From: Octopus sinensis
Lineage: Eukaryota
Length of the DNA stretch: 64,000 nt
Direction of reading: 5' to 3'
Assembly (NCBI RefSeq): GCF_006345805.1
Contig: NC_043023.1
Span: forward strand, 10,974,001-11,038,000
Made by a program: the position numbers and the translations under genes. Below the pieces are notes generated by a model. That model was not told the DNA's origin. It saw only the letters and a list, made by a program, of their open reading frames with translations, and searched no databases. Below are positions 26,910-39,737 of the stretch, piece after piece (position 1 is the stretch's first letter; every line of letters starts with the position of its first letter).

Positions 26910-27675
26910 GTTTCTGGTTGAATGAATCGACCCCAGGCCTTATTCTATTGGTCTCTTTTGCTGAACCACCAAGTTACTGGGACGTAGAGACACCAACACT
27001 TGTTGGCAAGTGGTAGTGGGAAACAAACACATATAAATAAACAACAGGCTTCTTTCAGTTTCCGTCTACCAAATCCACACAGGCTGTAGTAGAAGACACT
27101 TGCCCAAGGTGCTATGCAGTGGGACTGAACCCGGAACCATGGGGTTGGTAAACAAACTACTTACCACACAGCCACTCCTGCGCCTATTACTCTTTTACTC
27201 TTTTACATGTTTCAGTCATTTGACTGCAGCCATGCTGGAGCACCGCCTTTAGTCGAGCAACTCGACCCCAGGACTTATTCTTTGTAAGCCCAGTACTTAT
27301 TCTATCGGTCTCTTTTGCCGAACCGCTAAGTGACGGGGACGTAAACACACCAGCATTGGTTGTCAAGCAATGCTAGGGGTACAAACACAGACACACAAAC
27401 ACATACACATACACACATACATACACATATATATACATATATACGACAGGCTTCTTTCAGTTTCCGTCTACAAAATCCACTCACAAGGCATTGGTCGGCT
27501 CGGGGCTATAGCAGAAGACACTTGCCCAAGATGCCACGCAGTGGGACTGAACCCGGAACCTTGTGGTTGGTTAGCAAGCTACTTACCACACGGCCATATA
27601 TATAAACAATGGGCTTCTTTCAGTTTCCATCTATCAAATCCACTCAAGAGCCTTTGAAACACACAAGTGTGTATG

Positions 27676-27713
<38 letters not shown>

Positions 27714-27845
27714 GGGCTTCTTTCAATTTCCATCTAGAAAATCCGCTCACAAGGCTTATGCAGTAGTAGACGACACTTTCCCAAGGTGCTCTGCAGTGGG
27801 ACTGAACCCAGAACCATATGGTTGGGAAGCAAACTTCTTAAGTGA
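26910..27845 (-). mobile_element. Cluster of 3 SINE family A copies
   Basis: Successive minus-strand matches to 12415-12820. Confidence 0.8.
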
Positions 27846-27859
27846 TTTCTTTATTTCAG

Positions 27860-28108
27860 GACCTGCTGTGCTCCATAGAAATGTCACCCTTTCGATAAGG
27901 ATACCGAACATGAAACGACCGGCGGTTTGGAAGTGCCACAATTATAAATATGAATGTGACAGGACATGCGCTGATGGCCCTGACTATAAAGTGACACAGA
28001 AAGAAGATACCTCCACGCTTTGGATCAGAAACATAACTGAGAAATGTTCGACTTGGAAATTTGAAGATGACAACCTTAATGGTGGAAGAATTCATTTGGA
28101 GATAAAGA
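27860..28108 (+). CDS. Coding exon 3: Ig-like domain (83 codons) of predicted GPI-anchored protein
   Basis: Acceptor TTTCTTTATTTCAG, donor A|GTAAGG, phase 1-1. Reads GPAVLHRNVTLSIRI...AVWKC...STLWIRNITEKCSTWKF...RIHLEIK with 4 Cys and 2 N-glycosylation sequons. Confidence 0.8.
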
Positions 28109-28281
28109 GTAAGGAAATGATTTATAATAATTTCTTTATTAACCACAGAGGGCTAACACAAAGCAAAACATTCGGGAGGGTCCAGTGTGGGTTTTAGCAT
28201 GTAAAAAGTCATGCAAAGAAGAAAAGAAATTCAAAGTAAGATCTCTGATAGTGGGGGGACTTTCAAGGGCTACACGTAAAA

Positions 28282-29150
28282 AAAGCCCACAAAATCCATG
28301 GTCTCCCTGACCACCAGGGTGGATGCCCTCTCCCGGTCTTTCCTCTGCAATATACAGGTACACTCTGAGAGAAGGCCCATTCACTCAGGTAATGCTCACC
28401 TCTCTCACCCACCTTTCAACAAACTGCTTGGAAGCCAGCACTTACCTCTCCACCCTGATTTTCCTCTTCAAGTGAAACCTGAAAAAGTTTATTAGGGTTT
28501 TGACAAAATGGCAATTGCTGGTCTTCAGCCCTTTCAGACATGTCCATCACATGATCCCTTTTGCAATGGCAACTAGAGTCACACAGGGAGAAAGCCCACA
28601 AAATCCATGGTCTCCCTGACCACCAGGGTGGATACCCTCTCCAATATACAGGTACACTCTGAAAGAAGGCCCATTCACTCAGGTAATGCTCACCTTTCAA
28701 CAAACTGCTTGGAAGCCAGCACTTACCTCTCCACCCTGATTTTCCTCTTCAAGTGAAACCTGATAAAGTTTATTAGGGTTTTGACAAAATGGCAATTGCT
28801 GGTCTTCAGCCCTTTCAGACATGTCCATCACACGATCCCTTTTGCAATGGCAACTAGAGTCACACAGGGAGAAGGCCCACAAAATCCATGGTCCCCCTGA
28901 CCACCAGGGTGGATGCCCTCTCCCAGTCTACAGGTGCACACTCAGGCAATGCTCACCTCTCTCACCCATCTATCAAGAAACTGCAATGGAAGGCAGCACT
29001 TCCACCCTTATTTTTCTCTTTATCCTTATTTTCTCTTCTTCAAACCTGAAAAAGATTATTTGAGCTTCAACAAAAGGACAACTGCTGGTCATCAGCCCTT
29101 TCAGACATGTCCACCACATGATCCCTTTTGCAGTGGCAACCAGAGAGATA
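28282..29150. repeat. About 280-310 bp tandem triplication (intronic)
   Basis: Units start AAAGCCCACAAAATCCATGGTC at about 28282, 28593 and 28874. Confidence 0.85.
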
Positions 29151-29212
29151 AGGTAACTGCTTGCCCTTCCTGGCTGAAGGAAAGCAGTGGGACTATCATC
29201 AGCTGATGGTTG

Positions 29213-29246
<34 letters not shown>

Positions 29247-29321
29247 TGATGATGATGATGATGGTGATGATGGTGGTGGTGCTGGTGGTGGTGGTGCTGG
29301 TGGTGATGATGAAAAAAAAAT

Positions 29322-29879
29322 AAATGCCCTGATGCAGTACCAGGCAGTGGCTCTCATGACTTCTGATCTTAACTGATTGGAAGTGTTATCATGTACATTG
29401 TTTTGTCTTGGTATAAAAGATGGGCTACAGCAAATATTCTGCTCAATACCACAGATTTGTTTGTCAGTTGTTTGGCCTTAACCAGTTGAGCATGTCCCTT
29501 AGTGGATGACGATATGTGTACCTCTGATCATGAGCAGAAGTAGTGGGGGAGCATCATAGCCATGTGTTGAGAGGGATTCTTTGGGGTTTGAATAATTCAC
29601 CTCTGGAAACATGGGTGGTTCTTTCAACATCCTTAAACAACCCTTATTCAGGGACCTTTTGAGCGGGATGGGCTACTCAACCTGAAGAAAATTCTAACTG
29701 GGCCCCACCTGCAAGGTCATGCGCTGTTTATCTTGATATGAGATCACCATGTCGCGCACATATGGTTGTGATGCATGTGCCTGGTGTACCCTTATCAGAC
29801 TGGTAGTCATGATGGGTATATTGGGCTTCGTATATTTTACCCCAGTGTCACTTTGATGGCATGAACTGCTCTCTCACTC

Positions 29880-29880
<1 letters not shown>
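29322..29880 (+). mobile_element. Unclassified interspersed repeat ending in an (AAT)n tail (probable LINE 3' UTR)
   Basis: Moderately GC-rich non-coding block between trinucleotide tracts, ending CTCTCACTCA(ATA)n. Confidence 0.45.
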
Positions 29881-29947
<67 letters not shown>

Positions 29948-30356
29948 TAATAATAATAATAATAATAATTATAATAATGATGATGATAATAATTACTTTT
30001 ATTTGCCACCAGGGCGAAGGATGTGTCAATACCAAGACAGACATAAAGTGTCTGTCTGTGTGTGTGTGTGTGGTGGGGTGCAGTTTACATATACCCTAAA
30101 TCTTTGAGTATAATCCGCATTTTTTCCCAAAGATTTAAAGATCAAAATCCCTAGTGCATACTATATACGTGGTTAAAAATGAAAAATATTTTCTAAGCAA
30201 TGTCCGAGTCTCTATTTGCTGTCTGGCAATGTTTATTCAGACACATTTTGTGATGTCGGGCACGAAAATACCTTAAGCTAAGCCTGAAAGCAATGAAGTC
30301 ATAAAAGAATCATCCATAACTTGCAGTAAGCAACATTTATTAAAATAAAAGTATTC

Positions 30357-31115
30357 AGAACAAGGTCTCGGAGGAGATAGTGTTAGTTGAAGGCTACCAA
30401 ACCTGCCACACACAGACAACTTCAGCTTTATAAATAGTAACAAATAGGGATTTTCATAGAAAAAAAGCACCTTTTTGATGTAAATAATTTTTGGTGTTAA
30501 CATGGTCCGATTTGAATTTTTTCTTCTACGGAAGGAAGAACAAGCCTTCTTCTATCAAACTCTCAACTTTGGTCAACTTGCGCCGCAGGCTCTCGGAGGA
30601 GATAGTGTTAGTTGAAGGCTACCAAACCTGCCACACACAGACAACTTCAGCTTTATAAATAGTAACAAATAGGGATTTTCATAGAAAAAAAGCACCTTTT
30701 TGATGTAAATAATTTTTGGTGTTAACATGGTCCGATTTGAATTTTTTCTTCTACGGAAGGAAGAACAAGCCTTCTTCTATCAAACTCTCAACTTTGGTCA
30801 ACTTGCGCCGCAGGCTCTCGGAGGAGATAGTGTTAGTTGAAGGCTACCAAACCTGCCACACACAGACAACTTCAGCTTTATAAATAGCAAAAAATAGGGA
30901 TTTTCATAGAAAAAAAGCACCTTTTTTATGTAAATAATTTTTGGTGTTAACATGGTCCGATTTGAATTTTTTCTTCTACGGAAGGAAGAGCAAGCCTTCT
31001 TCTATCATACTCTCAATTTTGGTCAACTTGCGCCACAGGGTCTCGGAGGAGATAGTGTTAGTTGAAGGCTACCAAACCTGCCACACACAGACTACTTCAG
31101 CTTTATATATATAGA
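30357..31115 (-). mobile_element. Helitron-like 5' portion with a 225-bp tandem repeat (3.3 copies)
   Basis: TCTCGGAGGA recurs at 30366, 30591, 30816 and 31041; minus-strand A|TCTATATATATAAAG start at 31115. Confidence 0.7.
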
Positions 31116-31358
31116 TTTAATTAAATAATTTTGTCATCATTAAACTGATTTTTGGAACATAAATTAACATATTTTGATGGAAGGTTTTAATTTAGCTTAC
31201 TTTAAATTAGGGAATTTTCACGATTGGAAACAAGGGCAGTCTTGAGCAAGTTGATATGAAAAGTGTATATAAATGATATGTTTTATTGTTTATCTTTGTG
31301 TGTGATATGACACCAATATCTGTGGCTTATGATGATATCACATTGAAATCTTTTGCAG

Positions 31359-31435
31359 ATGGTGCACAAGGAACCAGCAGCCTCAGAACCAAGTCCATCC
31401 TTGTCATTGGGATGATAATTGCTGTCATCATTTAA
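31359..31435 (+). CDS. Coding exon 4: GPI-anchor-signal-like C-terminus ((N)GAQGTSSLRTKSILVIGMIIAVII*)
   Basis: Acceptor AATCTTTTGCAG, phase 1; small residues, then a polar spacer, then a terminal hydrophobic stretch; TAA at 31433-31435. Confidence 0.75.
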
Positions 31436-32477
31436 ACATTTTAAGAAAGACCAGTAATAATCTCAGGTGCTGGAAAGGCACTTTTTGATATTTAATCTTT
31501 TATTTTTAATCAGTTTCAGTCATTTTGCTGAGTCCATGCTAGAGCAATGTCTTGAAGGGTTTTTAGTTGAATAAATTGAAACCTGAGCATTTTTTTAAGC
31601 CTAGTTATTCCATTGGTCTCTTACTCTAAATCACTTTGTGATGGGGACATAAACACACCAACACCAATTATTAAACGATGATGGGGGACAAATACAGACG
31701 CACAACCAACTTCTTTCAGCTTCCATCTATCAAATCCACTCAAAAGGGTTTGGTCGGCCCAAGGCTATCATAGAAGACACTTGCCCAAGGTGCCACACAG
31801 TGGGACTGAACCCGGAACCATAAGGTTGGAAAGCAAGCTTGATTTGTTCACCTAAAGGCGGTATTCCAGCATGGCTCAAGGTGCCACACAGTGGGACTGA
31901 ACCCGGAACCATAAGGTTGGTAAGCAAGCTTGATTTGTTTGCCTAAAGGCGGTATTCCAGCATGGCTGCAGTCAAATGACTGAAACAAGATATTTTTAAT
32001 TTCATTTATGCCTCCCCCTCTCTTTCAATGAAGGCTCTATCTTTCTTACTTTATCCATAGTCTCTCATCTCTCTCTCGATTTCTACACAAAAATGAAATG
32101 TATAAGTTACCCCATAGGCGCCAAAACTTCCAAAGGGCAACTAAAATTTTATTTTCCTCTAATTCACATGATACCATTTATTCTGCAATTTGGGATTAAT
32201 ATATCCAGAGATGTAAAATATTTGTAGCAGCACCATGCAGGCATAGCATGGATTCGATCTTCAACAGAACTTTTCTCATGGTAAAACAATAGTCTTTCTG
32301 TGACATCAGTTACATTTGCCAGATGCCTTTGCTAAGCAGAATAATATCTTTGCCACCGGGCCCTTCTAACCTCTTCTATATAACCAAGAGTGAAACTGAC
32401 AAGACAATAGACCCCTCCAAACTACTCACTGTTTGGATAACGGTATGTCTCTCTTTCTTGTTATCTTGAGATAGTTA

Positions 32478-32864
32478 TCTCTCTCTATATAAACGGCAGT
32501 TTGTCTGTGCGTGTTTCTGTGTGTCTGTTTGTTTGTACCCTCACTCTGACCACGGCTTTCAACCGATTCTGATGAAACTTGACACACACATAGCCCAATG
32601 TCATAATTCAAAACTAACGCAGCGAAAATTTTGAAAAGTTCCCCCAGTTCAGAAAAAGATCGATAAATTCGACATGGGGTCGACAATCAGAAACACAAAC
32701 CGCAGATGGTGTAGGGGACGCAACTCGGCCTTTTTAACTATCAAAAAAAAATTTACCATAATTTTTTTCCCAATTTTTTTTGCTATTTTTTGGCTATAAC
32801 TCTCTAAAAGTGCTTTATAGTTATTTCCCTTACAAACCCGAGCAACGCCGGGCGATACTGCTAG
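32478..32864 (+). mobile_element. Non-autonomous Helitron-like element
   Basis: A|TC start, 3' hairpin ACCCGAGCAACGCCGGGC and CTAG|T; 3' part shared with 6773-7274. Confidence 0.8.
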
Positions 32865-33075
32865 TAAATACTAAAACACCGTAGGAAAACGAGAATTGGC
32901 AAAAAGGAGATGATGCAGAAGGAGACCACAGGCAGAATCCAGTTAGTGACAACCGTGTCTGGCTGACTGGCTGAGCAAAACGCTGTACCTGAAAGAAAAG
33001 GAACAGAGTGACATCTCTGGAATTAACCAATGAGAGAAGTTGTCTTGTCCCATTTTCTCCTCAACTGCTGTTTAA

Positions 33076-33294
33076 CCCTTTAGTGTTCTGATTATTCAAT
33101 CAAACATAATGCCTATTGATTCCCATTAATTTGAATTAATCATGCATTATCTCATATCTTCAAGATCTTGATGGTGTAATTACTTAATGTAGAATAACAT
33201 TGTAGGGTAGGTGTGAGAGCCTGGATCTGGTTAGTTTGAACATAAAATAGATTAACTATTTTGGCCGGGTATGGCCAGTTTAAATACTAAAGGG
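33076..33294 (+). mobile_element. piggyBac-like MITE, 219 bp
   Basis: TTAA|CCCTTTAGT...ACTAAAGGG|TTAA. Confidence 0.8.
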
Positions 33295-33444
33295 TTAATT
33301 GACAAGCACAGTGAAGGTCTCTTTCTATCAACTTCCTACACTGACATCCAGTCTATCTTCCACTGACCCCTCTTTTAGCATCGAGTAGGAGACCAACATA
33401 AAAACAGCAACAACATTCCAAAAAAGATAACTATATTTTTTATA

Positions 33445-33824
33445 CACTTGCGTCAGAAATTAATTAGCACTTCTCAAATTTTTACATTAAATAGGTTAAA
33501 TCAATTAACCTATGAGCTGTTCAAAACGTCTTACGCGATAAGAAAACTTAGTATGGTGTGATTTCGGTCCTTGCGAGGCGCTACCTATATCTATTAAACA
33601 AAGGAAGATTTGTCTGCATCCGCACTCCAAGTTGTTGTTGCACTGCTATGTCAACATCATAAGGCTGTAGACTCTCAAACTGCTCTGCAAACAAAGTTAC
33701 GTCATCGTTCTGCGCAACAGTGAACTCGCAACAAAGCAATAGTTCGAGATATGGCCACTAGGTGACAGCACATACCTTGAGTGAAGAGCAAATCAAGGGT
33801 GCTAATTAATTTCTGACGGTAGTG
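33445..33824. mobile_element. Tc1/mariner-like MITE, 380 bp, TA TSD
   Basis: TIRs TA|CACTTGCGTCAGAAATTAATTAGCAC and GTGCTAATTAATTTCTGACGGTAGTG|TA. Confidence 0.82.
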
Positions 33825-33958
33825 TATATTATACACCTGCCTGTTGTGGTATGGCATGGATTAGAGTTAAGAGAAATAAATCTAGAGTCAAACATTAACT
33901 TTGTCCACTGTTCTTCTTCATCTTTCACATCTCACAAACATGCCATTACAATTATATT

Positions 33959-34917
33959 AACCTATTTCTCTACTACCCACAGGGGGCTAAACACAGAGGA
34001 GACAAACATGACAGACATAAGTATTAAGTCGATTATATCGACCCCAGTGCTTAACTGGTACTTACTTTATCGACCCCGAAAGGATGAAAGGCAAAGTCGA
34101 CCTCGGTGGAATTTGACCACAATATATCTATTTCTTTACTACCCTCAAGGGGCTAAACACAGAGAGGACAAACAAGGACAGACACAGGTACTAAGTCGAT
34201 TACATCGACACCAGTGCGTAACTGGTACTTAATTTATCGACCCCGAAAGGATGAAAGGCAAAGTCGACCTCGGAGGAATTTGAACTCAGAACGTAACGGC
34301 AGACGAAATACCTATTTCTTTTGTTACCCACGAGGGGCTAAACTCAGAGAGGACAAACAAGGACAGACATAGGTATTAAGTCGATTACATCGACCCCAGT
34401 GCGTAACTGGTACTGAATTTATCGACCCCGAAAGGATGAAAGGCAAAGTCGACCTCGGTGGAATTTGAACTCAGAACTTAACAGCAGACAAAATACCTAT
34501 TTCTTTTATTACCCACAAGGGGCTAAACTCAGAGGGGACAAGCAAGGACAGACATAAGTATTAAGTCGATTATATCGACCCCAGTGCATAACTGGTACTT
34601 AATTTATCGACCCCGAAAGGATGAAAGGCAAAGTCGACCTCGGAGGAATTTGAACTCAGAACGTAACGGCAGACGAAATACCTATTTCTTTTGTTACCCA
34701 CGAGGGGCTAAACTTAGAGAGGACAAACAAGGACAGACATAGGTACTAAGTCGATTACGTCGACCCCAGTGCATAACTGGTACTTTATTTAATCGACCCC
34801 AAAAGGATGAAAGGCAAAGTCAACCTCAGCGGAATTTGAACTCAGAACGTAAAGACAGACAAAATACCGCTAAGCATTTCGCCTAGCGCGCTAACTTTTC
34901 TGCCAGCTTGCTGCCTT
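33959..34917 (-). mobile_element. SINE family B with one head and five tandem bodies, 14-bp TSD
   Basis: About 184-bp units; TSD ATTACAATTATATT at 33945-33958 and 34918-34931. Confidence 0.85.
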
Positions 34918-36045
34918 ATTACAATTATATTGTACTCTTAGTGCTCCACTTAGGGTCCGGGGAATGTCATCGTCAAAAAAAATATTGAACTTTTTGCCTA
35001 GGGCGAGCCCACAGTAATACCATATCTTTTCCACTACGATTCCCTAAAACTTGAGAACTACACAACCAATTCCATTCAAATTTTACACATGCCTTACTTA
35101 GGGTCCATGTAGTTTCATGGGCAAAAAAAATGTTCAACTTCTTGCCTTGAGCGAGCCCATAGCAATATCATATCTTTGAAACAAAAACGTTTCTCTATTT
35201 TATGTCAGATACTTTCACTTTAACAATAAAAATAATAATAACAATTGAATTATATGTAGTAAGTAATAATTAAAATCAAACTAAAGTAACATGACAAAAG
35301 TAAAAATAGCAATTGGTATAAAATTGCATCAATGATTTAAACTTGAATAAGTGGTTTCACATGAATGGAAATAAATTAAAAATAAAATTAGCGTGCAGAA
35401 ATGGAATAGTCCAGATGGATAATAAAAAATTAAATTAAAGAAAAGACTATTGTCTATAAAGTATACAATGTAGAGAAAAAAGAAGATTTGAACACATGGA
35501 GGAAAGCACCTTCGAAAAGTGTCTTGGTGCAACTATGAAAGGTATCTAATCAGAGGCAGTAAATTCGCCACTATAGAAGCAAGGTTCGACTCAACGGAGT
35601 GTGCAAGGGAGTACTCGACTCGAACTTGCAAAGTGGAAATATTTTATTTTTACCTTTATATCTGGGGCGTAGGACGTCCCGGAAAAAAATTTTAAATGTT
35701 CCCTCTCCCCCCCCCCCCCCCCCCGAAGTAGAGGTAGGCTGGATTGTAGCCACACTTCTATACAAGAGGGAGGACAAGATACAATTGATCGAAATTACAA
35801 GAGACGGGCTAACAATTCCAGTCTGTTATGTATTTTGAGTATTGTTATCACTAGCGATATCAAGATATAACTTTGTATTTTGTATTTTATGTGTAGATGT
35901 ATATATATATAGATGTACATGTAATATGTACACATATATATACACATATATACATGCACTAGCACTATGACCCGGCAACGACGGGTCTTTAATGCTAGTA
36001 TATATATATATATAGCGGTTTGAACTTAGGTTTAATTGTCTGTTT

Positions 36046-39000
36046 ATGAATTCTGCCAAACGCGAGTTTTCTTTTCAGGTTCATGATGCTACTAGGTCCA
36101 ATGCTTCCCACTCCCTCAGGATTGGCACCCTCAACGTTGGCACACTGAAAGGCAGATCTGGCGAGATCGTTGAATTGCTTGAACGAAGGTGTGTGGATAT
36201 ATGCTGTGTTCAAGAGGTGAGGTGGAGAGGAGGTTCTGCTAGGTTCCTCACAGGTAAAGGACAGAGGTACAAGATTTTCTGGGCTGGGAATACTGAAGGG
36301 GTCGGGGGAGTAGGTATGCTTATTGCCGAAAAATGGGTAGGTAAGGTAATCGAGGTAGTCAGAGTATGTGACAGAATACTGAAGATTAGTTTAGTGCTCC
36401 ATCATATTTCAGCAACTATTATATCGGCCTATGCCCCTCAGCCAGGGCTACCCGATGGACAGAAAGACTGTTTCTATGACACCCTACTGCAGACCACCTC
36501 ACTGACGAACGACAGGGACCTTCTCTTTGTGGATGGTGACTTCAATGGGCATGTTGGACGATATGCTGAGGGCTTCTATGGCATTCATGGAGGCTATGGT
36601 TATGGTTCTCGCAATGAGGAGGGAACCAGGCTGCTGGAGTTCTGTGATGTGAATAGTCTTATGGTTTGCAACACTAACTTCAGGAAACCGACAAGCCACT
36701 TGGTCACCTACTTTCGGGCCAGCATACTAGCCAAATCGACTACATCCTTACCAGAAAAAGGGAAAGATGGCTGCTTATAAATGCCAAAACCTTCCCAAGC
36801 GAAGAGTGTACCCCACAACATAGACTGGTAGTTAGTGACTTTAGAATCAGGACTAAGAGGACGACTAGAAGACGACCAACATGGAGAAGAAGGGTCTGGA
36901 AGCTTAAAGACCCTGCAAATGGACAGAGATTTAGAGACATGTTACTTGAAGTCTTCCACGAAATAGAAGGGGGTATAGCTACACATGGGGTAGAAGATAA
37001 CTGGGCGCTTCTAAGGGACAACCTGCTGAAAGCCACAGACCAGATCTGTGGCTGGTGCAAAGTCCCCACAAGACCCAAAATAACGTGGTGGTGGAACAAT
37101 ACTGTTGACAGGGCTATTAGACAAAAGAAACAGGCTTGGAAGGACTGGAAGAACGGTGGTAGCAGGGAAGTGTATCAGACTGCAAGAAGGGAGGCTAGGA
37201 GGCAGGTGTATTTAGCCAGAGGGGAAGCAGATAAGAAAAAATTTGCCAATGTCCTGCGCCGTGAAGATGAAAGACTTGAGGTATTTCGTGTTGCAAGACA
37301 GTGTGTGAGAGAGAATCGTGACGTGGTAGGAGAGAAATGTGTTCGCAAGGATGACAGCTCACTTGCGCTAAATGAGGATGCAAAGAGAGAGGTTTGGAGA
37401 CGCCACTATGAAAGGTTGCTGAATGAGGAAAATGAATGGGATAAAGAGAGTCTGCCGAATGTTGACCCAACAGAGGGACCAGCAATCCGAGTTGACAGTT
37501 CCTTAGTAGATAAGGCAATTAGAAGCATGAAAACAGGGAAAGCCCCAGGCCCATCAGGAATTACTGCAGAGATGCTCAAAATATCTGGTAGTGCTGGCTA
37601 TAGCCTAGTCACCCGTATAGTTAACTAGGTGATACACGAAGGAGTCATTCCCAATGACTGGTGTAGCAGCATAATAGTTAACTGCTACAAAGGTAAAGGT
37701 GACGCCCTAGATACAAATAACTACAGGGGTATCAAGCTGCTAGATCAGGTAATGAAGGTAACGGAGAGGGTCATAGCCCAACTAATTAGAGAGAGAGTTA
37801 GTTTAGATGAGATGCAGTTTGGGTTCGTGCCAGGGAAAAGTACTACTGATGCTATTTTCCTGGTAAGACAGCTGCAGGAGAAATACCTAACCAAAGATAA
37901 GCCCTTGTACCTGGCTTTTGTTGACTTGGAGAAAGCCTTTGACAGGGTCCCCCGATCCCTTATCTGGTGGTCAATGAGGAAACTAGGGATAGATGAATGG
38001 TTAGTTAGAGCTGTGCAAGCCATGTACAGAGACACTGCTAGTAAGGTGAGGGTTGGCAACAAGTACAGTGAAGAATTCCGGGTAGAGGTTGGGGTCCACC
38101 AAGGTTCAGTCCTCAGTCCCCTCCTATTTATCATAGTCCTCCAGGCAATAACAGAGGAATTCAAGACAGGATGCCCCTGGGAGCTCCTCTATGCTGATGA
38201 CCTTGCTCTAATTGCTGAGTCACTATCAGAACTGGAGGAGAAGTTTCAGGTGTGGAAACAAGGATTAGAATCGAAGGGCCTTAGAATCAACCTAGCCAAA
38301 ACCAAAGTCCTAATAAGTAGGAAGGTGGACCAATCACAAACGACTTCAGGTAGATGGTCCTGCTCGATCTGTAAAAAAGGTGTAGGTAGAAACTCTATAA
38401 GGTGCACCAAGTGTAAGCTATGGACACATAAGAGGTGCAGCAATGTCAAAGGAAGGCTAACTAGGAAAATAGTTTTTGTCTGTGGCAGATGCTCAGGAGC
38501 AATAAACACCGGAAATGTGCAGAGACCAACTTCTACCACGTTCCAGGGAGACAAACTAGAAGTAGTTGATAGCTTCCGCTACCTAGGAGACCAAGTCAGT
38601 AGCGGGGTGGGTGTGCTGAAAGTGTAACTGCTAGAGTAAGAATAGCCTGAGCAAAGTTTAGAGAGCTCTTACCCCTGTTGGTGACAAAAGGCCTCTCGCT
38701 CAGAGTAAAAGGCAGACTGTATGATGCATGTGTACGTACAGCCATGCTACATGGTAGTGAAACATGGGCCGTGACTGCTGAGGATATGCGTAAGCTCGCA
38801 AGAAATGAAGCCAGTATGCTCCGATGTATGTGTAATGTCAGTATTCATAATCGTCAGAGTGTAAGTACCTTGAGAGAAAAGTTGAACCTAAGAAGCGTCA
38901 GTTGTGGTGTGCAAGAGAGACGGCTGCGCTGGTATGGTCATGTGACGAGAATGGCTGAAGATAGTTGTGTGCAAAAGCGCTACACCCTAGCAGTTGAGGG

Positions 39001-39683
39001 AACCTGTGGAAGAGGTAGACCCAGGAAAACCTGGGACGAGGTGGTGAAGCACGACCTTCGAACTTTAGGTCTCACCAAGGAAATGACTAGTGACCAAGAC
39101 CTATGGAAGTATGCTGTGCGTGAGAAGACCCGACAAGACGAGTCAGGCCATAACCCGTGACCCCTACCTGGGACGTAGTCAGTCCACCTGTGCATACCTT
39201 CCTTCTTGTGACACTTGTGAAGACCTGTTGAGGCAAGTGAAAATCAAAACAAATCAAAATAGATGAACATCAATGGAATTTGTATCTTTGTGGTATCAGT
39301 GCCGGGGGCACACAAGAAAACCATCCGAACGTGGCCATAGCCAGTACCGCATCGACTGGCCTCCGTGCTGTGGGCACGTAACAAACACCATCCGATCGTG
39401 GCCGTTCGCCAGCCTCATCTGGCACCTGTGTCGGTGGCACATAAAAACACCATCCGAGCATGGCCGTTCGCCAGCCTCGTCTGGCACCTGTGTCGGTGGC
39501 ACATAAAATCACCCACTACACTCTCGGAGTGGTTGGCGTTAGGAAGGGCATCCAGCTGTAGAAACACTGCCAGATCTGACTGGCCTGGTGCAGCCTTCGA
39601 GCTCCCCAGACCCCAGTTGAACCGTCCAACCCATGCTAGCATGGAAAGCGGACGTTAAATGATGATGATGATGATGATGATGA
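36046..39683 (+). mobile_element. Near full-length RTE-clade LINE (APE, RT, PHD-like finger, 3' UTR repeat), inactivated
   Basis: APE motifs (GTLNVGTL, QEVRW, YAPQ, GDFNGHVG, IDYIL); RT motifs (NYRGIKL, QFGF, DLEKAFDRV, GVHQGSVLSP, YADD); C-terminal GRGRPRKTW. Lesions: frameshift near 36712, TAG at 37626, frameshift near 38603, TGA at 38648. Ends in a (GAT)n tail. Confidence 0.95.
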
Positions 39684-39737
39684 TATATATATATATACTG
39701 TTTATATATGTGTATACTCATTTTTCTCTTTCACTTC

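Noticed and set aside
27667-28197. 176-aa ORF as a stand-alone intronless gene
   Set aside because: Its N-terminus comes from a (CA)n tract and SINE sequence; only 27860-28108 is bounded by splice sites and looks like a domain.
29161-29376. Poly-N/D/G ORF
   Set aside because: Translation of a compound (AAT)(GAT)(GGT) microsatellite with no splice support.
35960-36080. HDV-like ribozyme at the RTE 5' end
   Set aside because: No nested double-pseudoknot pairing could be traced; the element appears 5'-truncated, and the nearby hairpin plus CTAG (35969-35998) looks Helitron-like.
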